From the NCBI RefSeq assembly GCF_021647475.1, contig NZ_JAKIUR010000001.1, forward strand, positions 80,763-144,762: a stretch of 64,000 nucleotides of DNA. The letters run 5' to 3'. Position numbers and translations under genes: made by a program. Origin of the DNA: Lutibacter sp. GTDB taxonomy: Bacteria; Bacteroidota; Bacteroidia; Flavobacteriales; Flavobacteriaceae. The notes beneath the pieces were generated by a model. That model was not told the DNA's origin. It was given only the letters and a program-made list of their open reading frames with translations, and ran no database searches. This document shows, piece after piece, positions 54,348-63,947 of this stretch (within the stretch, counting starts at the first letter, position 1; every line of letters starts with the position of its first letter).

Positions 54348-55484
54348 TTGAAGTGCCTGTTCTAAATCATTTATTAGATCTTCTTTATCTTCAATACCAA
54401 CACTTAATCTAATTAAACCATCTACTACGCCTGTTTTTTCACGTTCTTCTTTAGGAATGGAAGCGTGCGTCATACTTGCAGGATGACCACAAAGTGATTC
54501 TACGCCTCCTAAAGATTCAGCTAGTGTAAATATTTTAAGATTTTCAACAATTTTAAAAGCATCTTTTATATCATTTCCTTCAGTTACAAAAGAAACCATG
54601 CCTCCAAAATCGTTCATTTGTTTTTTGGCAATTTTATGATTTGGATGACTTTCAAATCCTGGCCAATATACTTTTTCGATTTTAGGATGATTGTCCAAAA
54701 ATTCTGCTACAACTTTTCCGTTTTCACAATGACGTTGCATGCGAACGTGTAATGTTTTTATCCCTCGTAATACTAAAAAACTATCCATTGGCCCACAAAC
54801 CGCTCCACATGAATTTTGAATAAAGTACAATTTATCTGCTAATTCTTTATCGTTTACTATCAAAGCACCCATTACCACATCAGAATGGCCGCCTAAATAT
54901 TTTGTTGCGGAATGCATAACAATATCTGCTCCTAAATTTAAAGGTTGTTGCAAATAAGGTGTTGCAAAAGTATTATCTACAGCTAAAAGTACATTATGTT
55001 TTTTTGCGATTTTAGAAACTGCTTCAATATCAATAATATTCATCATTGGATTGGTTGGCGTTTCTACCCAAATAAGTTTTGTGTTTTTAGTTATAAATGA
55101 ATCAATATTGGTAGCATTTTCCATGCCAATAAAACGAAATTTAATTCCAAAGTTTTCAAATATTTTAGTGAATATTCTGTAAGAACCTCCATATAAATCA
55201 TTAGTTGAAACTACTTCATCACCAGGTTTTAACAACTTTAAAACCGTATCAATTGCTGCTAAACCTGAACCAAATGCTAAACCAAACTTACCATTTTCAA
55301 TACTTGCAAAAGCATTTTCCAAAGCAGTTCTAGTAGGGTTTGCAGTACGAGAATATTCGTATCCTTTATGATCTCCAGGAGAAGTTTGAGCGTAGGTTGA
55401 TGTTTGGTATATTGGAGGCATCACAGCTCCCGTTGCTGGGTCGTGTTGTTGATTTCCGTGGATGGTTTTTGTATTAAATTTCAT
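54339..55484 (-). CDS. metB: Cystathionine gamma-synthase/gamma-lyase (trans-sulfuration PLP enzyme)
   Basis: YSRTANPT, ETPTNP, VDNTF, HSATKYLGGHSD (PLP Lys), ESLGG. Synthase versus lyase activity is not resolved. Confidence 0.85.
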   Translation of the reverse strand: MKFNTKTIHGNQQHDPATGAVMPPIYQTSTYAQTSPGDHKGYEYSRTANPTRTALENAFASIENGKFGLAFGSGLAAIDTVLKLLKPGDEVVSTNDLYGGSYRIFTKIFENFGIKFRFIGMENATNIDSFITKNTKLIWVETPTNPMMNIIDIEAVSKIAKKHNVLLAVDNTFATPYLQQPLNLGADIVMHSATKYLGGHSDVVMGALIVNDKELADKLYFIQNSCGAVCGPMDSFLVLRGIKTLHVRMQRHCENGKVVAEFLDNHPKIEKVYWPGFESHPNHKIAKKQMNDFGGMVSFVTEGNDIKDAFKIVENLKIFTLAESLGGVESLCGHPASMTHASIPKEEREKTGVVDGLIRLSVGIEDKEDLINDLEQALQLI

Positions 55485-55530
55485 CTTCGTTTAGTTTTAA
55501 ATTCACCTATTAATTGGATGACAAATGTAC

Positions 55531-56769
55531 TTATTCTCTAGTAATTTTTTTAATTAATTTACCAACCGTTAATCCTTGAATAATTATGGAGAAAACCACC
55601 ACAATATAAGTAATTACCAAAAATAAATCGCGATGCATTTCTGATGTTAAACTTAATGCTAAGGCAATTGAAATTCCACCTCGCAAACCACCCCAAGTCA
55701 TAATTAAGTTGGTGTTTGGAACAAAATCTAATTTTTTAGCAAAAATCTTAATAGGATACATTAAAGAGATATAACGAGCTAATAATAGTATTGGAATACT
55801 AATTAAACCAGCTAAAATATAAGATTTATTAAAAGTAAGTACTAAAATTTCCATGCCAATCATTACAAATAGTATGGTATTTAAAAGCACATCGGTTAGT
55901 TCCCAAAATTTATCTACATATTGCTCTGTGGTTTTACTCATCGAGGTTTCACGAACGGTATCATTACCCACAAACAAACCTGCAGTAACCATCGCTAAAG
56001 GTGCAGATAAATGAAATTTTTGAGCTATTAAAGTTCCTCCCATAACGGTTGCAATAGTTATAATTACTTCAACATCATAATCATCAATAGATTTTAATAA
56101 TTTAAACGTTAGCCATCCTAAAAGTAAACCAAAAGCAATTCCTCCAACTACTTCAAACAAAAACATTTCTGCTACATGACTAAAGGTAATATTGCTACCG
56201 CCACTGGCTATTTTATAAATCGTTAAAAAAATGACTACGCCAATTCCATCATTAAATAATGATTCTCCTACTATTTTGGTTTCTAAATTTTTTGGAGCTC
56301 CTACCTGCTTTAAAATTCCTAAAACGGCTATTGGATCGGTTGGAGATATTAACGCCCCAAATAACAAGCAGTAAATAAAATCTATATCTAAATTTATTAA
56401 TTTAAACACGTAGAAGGTAATTATTCCAACTAGCAATGTTGAAATTAAAGTACTAAAAGTAGCAAATGCTATTATAGGTTTACGTTGCACTTTTAATTGT
56501 TGAAAATTGGTGTGTAAAGCACCTGCAAATAATAAAAAGCTAAGCATTACATCTAGTAAAACTGTCTTAAAATCAATTTGAGCAATTAACATTTTTTCGT
56601 GCTCTAATAAAGTATTATTAAACAGACTTGTTGCTAAAACCAACAATGTAAAAATAATGGTGATTAACATTAAACCAATAGTGTTTGGTAATTTTAAAAA
56701 CCGAACATTTATATAGCCAAACAATGCAGATAATACAATTAAAATAGTAGCAACTAAATATAAACTCAT
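55531..56769 (-). CDS. Na+/H+ antiporter, CPA1 (NhaP-type)
   Basis: ~12 TM; ISPTDPIAV, GESLFNDG, WGGLRG. Confidence 0.92.
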   Translation of the reverse strand: MSLYLVATILIVLSALFGYINVRFLKLPNTIGLMLITIIFTLLVLATSLFNNTLLEHEKMLIAQIDFKTVLLDVMLSFLLFAGALHTNFQQLKVQRKPIIAFATFSTLISTLLVGIITFYVFKLINLDIDFIYCLLFGALISPTDPIAVLGILKQVGAPKNLETKIVGESLFNDGIGVVIFLTIYKIASGGSNITFSHVAEMFLFEVVGGIAFGLLLGWLTFKLLKSIDDYDVEVIITIATVMGGTLIAQKFHLSAPLAMVTAGLFVGNDTVRETSMSKTTEQYVDKFWELTDVLLNTILFVMIGMEILVLTFNKSYILAGLISIPILLLARYISLMYPIKIFAKKLDFVPNTNLIMTWGGLRGGISIALALSLTSEMHRDLFLVITYIVVVFSIIIQGLTVGKLIKKITRE

Positions 56770-57185
56770 CGCTATATAAATTTTAAAAGCTGTAAAATAA
56801 TTCCTAAATGAATTCCTTCATGATAAGTATTAAATTCAATACCATCTTCTATAGAATTCAATGTAATATTTACACTAGTTTCATATGGATAATATTTTTG
56901 AAATAATTTATTATTATAATCTTCTTTTAACTTTTTAGGCAATTCTAAAAACAGCTTTTTTATGGTATTAAACTCTTCTTCAGAAATTGGTTGTAACGGA
57001 GCCGTTCCTTTTTGATATTTCTCAATTATTTCATCAGAAATTAAACAAGGTAATCCTGCTAATTTATAACATAATAGTTGTTGGGTTACCACTAAATGAG
57101 CAATATTCCATGCAATGTTATTTTTAAATCCGTTAGGAATTTTAGTTATTTTTTCCAAAGATATACTTTCAATATTATTTAAAAT

Positions 57186-58262
57186 GGTTATGTTCTTAAA
57201 TAATGTGGAATATTCAATTTCTCATATTCTTTTCCAATATTCCTATATTGGTTTATGGTTTTAATGTTTATCATTATGATCTTTGCAAATTCTTTTATAG
57301 GTTCTGATGATTTTTTAATCTTCTGAAGAAAAACAAACCAATTTAAATATTGCGAAAGATATTTTGTAGCGACTCCGTAAAAAGGTTTAATCCATCTTTC
57401 ATAACGATTGTCAAGCGAGTTCACATGTTGCACATGATAACACTGGTTTTTTACATGTTGTTTAGAGGCTACAAAAGTATGATGCTCTAATTCTTTATTC
57501 TTTGCCCATAAAATTATTGACGGATGGGAATCAGAACACAGGATGTTATTAGGACTTATAAACGAACCAATGGTTTTTTCAACACTATCTGAATCTATTC
57601 TTCCCATTTTTGCAATCTTCATTAAAGGATTTCCTTTTCTGTCTGTAGCAACCATAACCGATAATTTATCATTGCTAATCCCTCTTTTGGTTTTCCTATC
57701 GCTAGGTCTTTTATATGCTTCTCTATCTAATTTACGACTTCCTTTTTCATTTATCTTGAATTGTTTGTCATCACATTCAACTATTCCATCAAAAGAATTA
57801 CCGTTAACCATCGATAATGAAGCTAAAATTTTATGACGCCAATCAAAAATTGTATTAGTACTGACGCTTAATCTTTTAGCGGCTTTCCTTATAGATACAC
57901 TCTCTAATGTAAGTTCAAGATATTCTTGAAATTTATCGATTTTTTTTATTCCAGATATCGCTGTGCCTGTAAAATCATTAAATGTCTTGCCACATTGTTT
58001 GCACTTATATCTTTTCCGACCTTTATAAATACCATGCCCGTATATATCCTCTGTATGACAATGAGGGCAAAGGACTTTTTGATTCTCGTTAATGGTTGAA
58101 CGGACTTTGGCTAATTGTGGCGTTTCTCCTAATTCCCTCTTTAAAATAACTAGAAGATCTTTCTTATCTTGATCTGCTAATTCCTCAATCATTAATTGTA
58201 AATCCATAATACTCTAAATTTATATAAAGATAGTAAAATCTACATCATTTCGCAACATAACC
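57186..58262 (-). mobile_element. IS1595-family insertion sequence, 1077 bp
   Basis: Imperfect TIRs GGTTATGTTCTTAAATAATG / GGTTATGTTGCGAAATGATG; 8-bp TSD TTTAAAAT at 57178-57185 and 58263-58270. Confidence 0.92.
57188..58207 (-). CDS. IS1595-family DDE transposase
   Basis: Zn ribbon CPHC...YKCKQC, GIVECDD, CSDSHP, HVNSLD..YER; the stop codon lies inside the TIR. Confidence 0.92.
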   Translation of the reverse strand: MDLQLMIEELADQDKKDLLVILKRELGETPQLAKVRSTINENQKVLCPHCHTEDIYGHGIYKGRKRYKCKQCGKTFNDFTGTAISGIKKIDKFQEYLELTLESVSIRKAAKRLSVSTNTIFDWRHKILASLSMVNGNSFDGIVECDDKQFKINEKGSRKLDREAYKRPSDRKTKRGISNDKLSVMVATDRKGNPLMKIAKMGRIDSDSVEKTIGSFISPNNILCSDSHPSIILWAKNKELEHHTFVASKQHVKNQCYHVQHVNSLDNRYERWIKPFYGVATKYLSQYLNWFVFLQKIKKSSEPIKEFAKIIMINIKTINQYRNIGKEYEKLNIPHYLRT

Positions 58263-58389
58263 TTTAAAATTAACTTTCTGGTTTGTTGTAAAATTTCAAA
58301 TTGTTTATCCATGTTTCTGATTTTTTTATAAAAGTATTCAAAATTTAATTAATAACCTTTTAAATTTACAGTTCACAAAATTTAAACTT

Positions 58390-58722
58390 ATGAAAAAAAT
58401 ATATTACTTAAAAACTTGTGATACTTGTAGAAGAATTTTAAAAAACATGGATACAAGTGATTACATTTTACAAGAAATTAAAACCGAGCCAATAACGGTT
58501 AAACAGCTAGAAGAATTACATAATTTAACCAAAAGCTACGAAGTTTTATTTAGCAGAAGAGCCAAAAAATACAAACAAATGGATCTAAAAAATCAGAAAT
58601 TAAGCGAAAACGATTTCGCACAGCTCATTTTAGAAGAATACACTTTTTTAAAACGCCCCGTTGTAATTAATGGAACAGCTATTTTTGTAGGAAATACGCA
58701 AAAAAATGTTAGCATTTTTTAG
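58390..58722 (+). CDS. ArsC/Spx-MgsR family protein
   Basis: CDTCRR CxxC and FLKRPV motifs. Confidence 0.85.
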   Translation: MKKIYYLKTCDTCRRILKNMDTSDYILQEIKTEPITVKQLEELHNLTKSYEVLFSRRAKKYKQMDLKNQKLSENDFAQLILEEYTFLKRPVVINGTAIFVGNTQKNVSIF

Positions 58723-58856
58723 ATTTTCACAAATAATATTCCTGTTTACTGATTAATAATTAAAAACCGTTTTTAAAAAATAAATAAATATATTTTTTAT
58801 TTAAAACGTTAAAATAAAGGTAATTTAGTCTGTTATTAAAATTAACTTATAAAAAA

Positions 58857-59756
58857 ATGAAAAAATACTTATTATTATTAGTTGCTGTAGCAATGGCAAC
58901 AAGTGCAAGTGCACAGTTTTATGTATCTGCAACGGGCGGTTACGCAATAGGAAGTGCAGGTGTGCTTATGGGCACCTCATTAAATGCAGATCAATCTAAA
59001 GCTACTAACCATTATGGTAGTTATGGAGAAGGAGCTAATTACCAAATTAGAACTGGTTATATGTTTGATGATACTTTTGGAGTAGAATTAGGTGTAGGTT
59101 ATTTAAATGGTGCAGATCAAAACAAAGATTCCTATGTTCAAAATTCTGATGGTACTTTTAAAGAAGTTACTGATGCTATTGCATATGGAAGAGCTTATGG
59201 TTTAACAGCATCTTTAGTTTATAAATTTACTCAAAATATTTATGGAAGATTTGGTCTTTTAACTAAAATTGGAGGGAAAACAGTTGCAGAATTTACTAAA
59301 AATACAACTACGCCGTTTGGTCCAATTGTATCAGTTGGTAAACAAGATTTTCATGGAAGACTTCCTCTTGGATTTAATGGTGCTTTAGGATATAAGTACA
59401 AAATTTCTGATCACTTAAATTTATTTGCTGAATTAGAATACTTAGGAATTCAAGTAACTAGAGATTATTCTGAATTTAAATCTTTAACAATTACTACTCC
59501 TGCAATTCCTGCAAATGCATTAGGTGCTGGTTCTCCAGCGATGCCATCACAAACTTGGAATTTAGGTGATGCTCCATTGGTACACCCAGTTTTTGGAACT
59601 ATTTATGCTCCAACAAAAATTACTTATGTAGATACTTTAAGTACCTCAAATACAGATCCTTCAAAAGCATTATCAGAAACAGTTCCTTATTCTTCATTCG
59701 GAATTAACTTTGGTATAACTTATACTTTTGGAAGTAAAAAAGAAGCTAAAAACTAA
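58857..59756 (+). CDS. Outer-membrane beta-barrel protein
   Basis: Signal ASA-Q, FYVSATGGY first strand, FGINFGITYTF last strand. Confidence 0.8.
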   Translation: MKKYLLLLVAVAMATSASAQFYVSATGGYAIGSAGVLMGTSLNADQSKATNHYGSYGEGANYQIRTGYMFDDTFGVELGVGYLNGADQNKDSYVQNSDGTFKEVTDAIAYGRAYGLTASLVYKFTQNIYGRFGLLTKIGGKTVAEFTKNTTTPFGPIVSVGKQDFHGRLPLGFNGALGYKYKISDHLNLFAELEYLGIQVTRDYSEFKSLTITTPAIPANALGAGSPAMPSQTWNLGDAPLVHPVFGTIYAPTKITYVDTLSTSNTDPSKALSETVPYSSFGINFGITYTFGSKKEAKN

Positions 59757-59778
59757 CTAAATTTAGTTTTATAAATGT

Positions 59779-59918
59779 AAAAGAGGCAGTATAAAAAAGT
59801 ATTGAAAACCGTCATTCTGAACTTGTTTCAGAATCTCATTTTAATGATTACCAATCTTTATGAGAACCTGAAACAAGTTCAGGTTGACGAAAATTTCACT
59901 TTTTATACTGCCTCTTTT
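59779..59918. repeat. REPIN doublet (59810-59889) lying inside the loop of a bidirectional terminator
   Basis: Outer IR AAAAGAGGCAGTATAAAAAAGT / ACTTTTTATACTGCCTCTTTT; inner CGTCATTCTGAACTTGTTTCAGAATCTC...GAGAACCTGAAACAAGTTCAGGTTGACG. Confidence 0.85.
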
Positions 59919-59921
59919 GTT

Positions 59922-60524
59922 TTATTTTTTTGCATATAACATTGGATTGGTATCCTTATCATTATACATTTTCATTTGTTTATATACTTTCATAAACTTT
60001 TCTCCTGTTGCAATATCATGTAATAAATCATCAATAGCGGTGGATAAATCTACACGTTGCTCTAACAAAACATTTAGTTTTACCTGACATTTATTTCTGT
60101 GCTCTTCAGAAGCACTTTCTCTTGTTGCTTCTTCATTCATATGATAAATTTTTAAGGCTAAAATAGATAAACGGTCAATTGCCCAAGCTGGGGTTTCAGA
60201 GTTTATTTTTGCTCCTTTTTTAACCTTAACTTCTTTAAATTTATTTAAAAAATAGCTATCAACATATTCAACCATATCGGTTCTATCTTGATTAGATGCA
60301 TCAATTTTACGCTTCAATTTAATAGCTTCAATTGGGTCAATATCTGGTAATCGAATAATATCTTCATAATGCCATTGAACCGTGTCAATCCAGCATTTTC
60401 TATATAATAAATGTTCAAATGAATTTGCTTCAAAAGGGTTTTCAAAAGGTTGATCCACGTTATCTAAAACATGATATTTTGTTATTACCTTATCAAAAAG
60501 TTCGTTGTATTGTTTTGCGTTCAT
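59922..60524 (-). CDS. DUF4254 domain protein
   Basis: WIDTVQWHYEDIIR, IDASNQDRTD, SETPAWAIDRLSILALK. Confidence 0.85.
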   Translation of the reverse strand: MNAKQYNELFDKVITKYHVLDNVDQPFENPFEANSFEHLLYRKCWIDTVQWHYEDIIRLPDIDPIEAIKLKRKIDASNQDRTDMVEYVDSYFLNKFKEVKVKKGAKINSETPAWAIDRLSILALKIYHMNEEATRESASEEHRNKCQVKLNVLLEQRVDLSTAIDDLLHDIATGEKFMKVYKQMKMYNDKDTNPMLYAKK

Positions 60525-61522
60525 AATTGTTTTTCTAAAATATGTAAATATTCAACGGTTGACGTTGCTTTATGGTTTCTATTTTCGGTTTTATCTGCTT
60601 TAAATCGCCTATAATTTGTGGTTTTTAAGCTATATTTTCCGTAGGATTTCATAATGTTTTTAACTTCATTTTCAGTCATTAATCCTTCGTTATTATAGCT
60701 TAAAAAAATGTATTTAAATTTAGCATTTTTAATTAAGTCTTCAAAAGCTTTTTTTACTGCTCCTTTTTTACAATAAGAAGATTTATAATAATTGCGTAAT
60801 CCTGTTTTTCCTTTTGGCTCAAAATCATCATACAAAGCAATAGTATTTAAAATATGATAATTTGCACCGTATTGCCGTGCATTATAGGGCGGATCTAAAT
60901 ATAAAATATCTCCTTTAATTTTTTGAATTAATTCATTGCTATCTTCATTAAAAACTTGATGAGAATTATTTGTAATTTCATAGTTTGCAGGAATAAATAT
61001 TAATTTTTTTGCCGCTGTTTTTTTTATTTTTTTTAAATAAGCACCATATACAGAAGCGGTGTTTGCAACTTTATCGGCACTTTCTAATAACGATGCTAAT
61101 AAAAAATAATATTCATTTAATGAAATTTGATTGTTTGATTTCCAAATTTCTATTTGTTGCCTAATCGCATCAATTTTTTTCCCATTTTCGGCAGAAAAAT
61201 ACAATCGGGCGGCTTTTCCATTTTCACTGTAGTTATTAAAAATAAATCCTTCTACTTCTTCTAAATTATTTAAAACTTCAAAATAATCTTTAATATCAAT
61301 TTCTTGATGATTTTCAATATAATTTTTAGTTAATACGTAACTATAATATTCAATATCATTAGCAATTACCTGCTTTACTAGAGGTTTAAATGTTCTGCCA
61401 ACAATGCCAGTGCCTGCAAACAAATCACAAAAAACAAGTTCCGACAAATTGTTACCAACCGTATTTATGATGGATTTTTTTAAAAAGGATGAAAGTTTAT
61501 TTTTTGAACCTATGTAATTCAC
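60521..61522 (-). CDS. N6-adenine DNA methyltransferase (D12/alpha class), M.NlaIII-like
   Basis: MNYIGSK, DLFAGTG (motif I), LYLDPPYNARQYGANYH (motif IV), ANTASVYGA, LSYNNEG. Confidence 0.9.
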   Translation of the reverse strand: MNYIGSKNKLSSFLKKSIINTVGNNLSELVFCDLFAGTGIVGRTFKPLVKQVIANDIEYYSYVLTKNYIENHQEIDIKDYFEVLNNLEEVEGFIFNNYSENGKAARLYFSAENGKKIDAIRQQIEIWKSNNQISLNEYYFLLASLLESADKVANTASVYGAYLKKIKKTAAKKLIFIPANYEITNNSHQVFNEDSNELIQKIKGDILYLDPPYNARQYGANYHILNTIALYDDFEPKGKTGLRNYYKSSYCKKGAVKKAFEDLIKNAKFKYIFLSYNNEGLMTENEVKNIMKSYGKYSLKTTNYRRFKADKTENRNHKATSTVEYLHILEKQL

Positions 61523-61555
61523 AGTTTAATGTACGTTTTACGAATTTTTAATAGC

Positions 61556-61630
61556 TGCCATAACGAGGAATAAAGTGACGTGGTTATTTCACCCTTAACT
61601 GACAGATTGCTTCATTTTATTCGCTATGAC
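61556..61630. repeat. Degenerate second REP family element (GTCATTGCGAGG...GATTGCTTC...GCAATGAC type)
   Basis: GCCATAACGAGGAATAAAGTGACGTGGTTATTTC...CAGATTGCTTCATTTTATTCGCTATGAC. Confidence 0.55.
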
Positions 61631-61645
61631 GAATATAATTATTAT

Positions 61646-62281
61646 CTATTTAATTGCCCAAATTATATCCGCAAAAACAAGCTTATTATCAAAAGACAAT
61701 TCCACTAATTTAGCACGGTCAAAATTAAGCAAATAAGTTGAGATTAATTGTTGTAGCCAATTTATTTCTGCCTTTAATTTCCAATGTTCTTTTGAATGGT
61801 TTTTATCAATTAATACAATAAATAATCGATTTTTGAAATGTTGTCTTTGTTGGCTGCTTTGATTTTTGTACAACCAAATTATTAATTCCTTTGGATGTTT
61901 TTGAGCATAAGTAACCGATTTGTTAAACCCTTTTGGGAAAACCGTAGTTTTATGGTCAAACGGAATGTTTTCTATATAAAAATCTATGAACTTATTATAA
62001 GAATTCTTATGTGCTTTTACTTTTTGATGTTCGCAAAAAATGGTTTCTACACCTTTTGCCGACCAAAAATTAAACCAACGATTTAAAGTGTAATTTTTTA
62101 AATCGTTTTTACGTTTGTCTTTACCAAAATGAAGTTCAATTTTTTCTAAAAGTGTTTTAAAAGAATAGGTTTTATAAATAAAATTGGTGCGTTTATCGAA
62201 TTCATCGGTCTGTTTTCTTCCCCATTCGTAGTTAAAAATCGTTCTTTTTTTTAATTCTTTTTCTAGCCTTTTATAATCCAT
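61646..62281 (-). CDS. Hypothetical protein, candidate PD-(D/E)xK restriction endonuclease
   Basis: Directly upstream of the MTase; IDFYIENIPFDHK resembles a D...D-x-K catalytic motif. Confidence 0.5.
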   Translation of the reverse strand: MDYKRLEKELKKRTIFNYEWGRKQTDEFDKRTNFIYKTYSFKTLLEKIELHFGKDKRKNDLKNYTLNRWFNFWSAKGVETIFCEHQKVKAHKNSYNKFIDFYIENIPFDHKTTVFPKGFNKSVTYAQKHPKELIIWLYKNQSSQQRQHFKNRLFIVLIDKNHSKEHWKLKAEINWLQQLISTYLLNFDRAKLVELSFDNKLVFADIIWAIK

Positions 62282-62364
62282 AAGTACAAATATAATTAAT
62301 TAGCTAGCAAACAACAATAAACATATTTTACGCCTAATTGATTTTAAAACTTGATTAAAAACTA

Positions 62365-62395
62365 AACCTAACAGGTTTTAAAAACCTGTTAGGTT
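62365..62395. repeat. Palindromic REP of a third family
   Basis: AACCTAACAGG-TTTTAAAAA-CCTGTTAGGTT; may also act as a terminator for 62421-63149. Confidence 0.75.
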
Positions 62396-62420
62396 CAGTG
62401 CTTTTTAGAGTTTCATGCAC

Positions 62421-63149
62421 TTACAAGAATTTTCGCTCAATTAAGGTAAGTAATCGTTCTTCAAATTCAAGTTTAGCACTCCAATTATAATCGGGTTTAA
62501 CAACATGTAGCACAAAATTTTTGGCATCTTCTTCATTATTAAACGTATTTAATTGTGAAATTACACGGTTAAAATCTTCTTGACTTCCATCAAATAATTG
62601 ATTTACAAAAGCTATCCGATCATTTAACCCAATTTGTAAATTATTTTTAAACAAAGCATCATTTAAAGTTCTATTTTTAAATGAATTTTCCTCAGAAATA
62701 ACAGGGTTTTCTTTAGTTACGTTTTCAAATATTTTATTAGCTTCAGTTGCAGATACAGCGTCTTTAAATTCTTCTTCTAAAGAAGTTTTAAAAGTAGATT
62801 TTTCTGTGTTTTCTTCTTTTTCTAAAGTAGATTCATCTTCACTAATAGAAAATTCAATTTCTTCAAAATCAGGAACTTTATTAAAGTTATCTTGCTCGTT
62901 TTCAATTTTTTGAACTATTTCGTCAGTTATCTCTTTGTTGAATTTAGTTTCTATTTCTACAAATTCTTCTTGGGTTTCTAAAATAGTTTTTTCTTCCAAT
63001 TCCTTTTGCTCACTCAAAAATTTAGCAATCGCTAGTTTTTCATAAATAGCTTGTGCTTTTGTATATAAAATTTCAATATTTTCATTATTTTCAAGTGCTA
63101 AAATGCTGTGAGCCAAACTAACTAATTCTGCTTCTAATTTTTTGTGCAT
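62421..63149 (-). CDS. Conserved hypothetical protein (acidic linker)
   Basis: C-terminal IGLNDRIAFVNQLFDG motif; Glu-rich middle. Confidence 0.75.
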   Translation of the reverse strand: MHKKLEAELVSLAHSILALENNENIEILYTKAQAIYEKLAIAKFLSEQKELEEKTILETQEEFVEIETKFNKEITDEIVQKIENEQDNFNKVPDFEEIEFSISEDESTLEKEENTEKSTFKTSLEEEFKDAVSATEANKIFENVTKENPVISEENSFKNRTLNDALFKNNLQIGLNDRIAFVNQLFDGSQEDFNRVISQLNTFNNEEDAKNFVLHVVKPDYNWSAKLEFEERLLTLIERKFL

Positions 63150-63329
63150 AAGTTGCGGTGTTAAATAATTTTTAGTGTGTTATTTTTAATAAATTTGTAT
63201 TTATAAAAACAATTTAAAACTTGTTTCTATATTAGAACATTTACAAATTTAAAATAAATAAAACCTATTTTTAATTTCGTTTTGTTCAAAACTAAATTTA
63301 TCATAACCTTTGAATTGTGAAATTACAAA

Positions 63330-63947
63330 ATGTTTCTTGAAAATACCGTAAATTATAATGAACAATTTGGCTGGATTGAAGTAATTTGTGGATCTATGTT
63401 TTCTGGTAAAACAGAAGAATTAATCCGCAGACTTAAACGTGCCAAATTTGCAAAGCAAAAAGTTGAAATTTTTAAACCTTCTATTGATATTAGATATGAT
63501 GAAGAGATGGTAGTTTCACACGATGCTAATGAAATTAGATCAACACCCGTTCCTTCTTCGGCAAATATTAGAATTTTAGCTAATGACGTTGATGTAGTTG
63601 GCATTGACGAAGCTCAATTTTTTGATGATGAAATTGTAGCCGTTTGTAATGATTTAGCAAACCGTGGTGTTCGAGTTATTGTTGCTGGTTTAGATATGGA
63701 TTTTAAAGGAAATCCGTTTGGACCTATGCCAGCGTTAATGGCAACAGCCGAATATGTTACAAAAGTACATGCCGTTTGCACCAGAACAGGAAATTTAGCA
63801 CATTATAGTCATAGAACTGCAGATGGTGATGAATTGGTAATGTTAGGTGAAACACAAGAATATGAGCCACTTAGCCGATCTGCGTATTTTAAAGCTATGA
63901 ATAAACAAAAACTAGAAAAGGCTAAATCCAAAAAACAAGATGAGTAA
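63330..63947 (+). CDS. tdk: Thymidine kinase
   Basis: [12 protein letters not shown]-loop, IDEAQF, GLDMDF, zinc-site VCTRTG. Confidence 0.96.
   Translation: MFLENTVNYNEQFGWIEVICGSMFSGKTEELIRRLKRAKFAKQKVEIFKPSIDIRYDEEMVVSHDANEIRSTPVPSSANIRILANDVDVVGIDEAQFFDDEIVAVCNDLANRGVRVIVAGLDMDFKGNPFGPMPALMATAEYVTKVHAVCTRTGNLAHYSHRTADGDELVMLGETQEYEPLSRSAYFKAMNKQKLEKAKSKKQDE

Larger units (their letters stand above)
56772..58312 (-). pseudogene. DinB-family gene split by IS1595 (5' part 58263-58312, 3' part 56772-57177)
   Basis: Removing the IS and one TSD restores an in-frame 151-aa ORF, MDKQFEILQQTRKLILNNIESISLEKITKIPNGFKNNIAWNIAHL...HEGIHLG. Confidence 0.9.

Noticed and set aside
257-59889. Dispersed CTGAACTTGTTTCAG repeats as a CRISPR array
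   Set aside because: Copies occur as isolated inverted pairs in intergenic regions, not as regularly spaced direct repeats with unique spacers, and no cas genes are present.
22394-63604. Other short overlapping ORFs in the track (22394, 28009, 31075, 32464, 33133, 36885, 39232, 39281, 40229, 44691, 48656, 50344, 51901, 52330, 52789, 57543, 59884, 61895, 63353)
   Set aside because: All overlap longer motif-bearing genes in another frame or strand, and none shows a recognisable domain.
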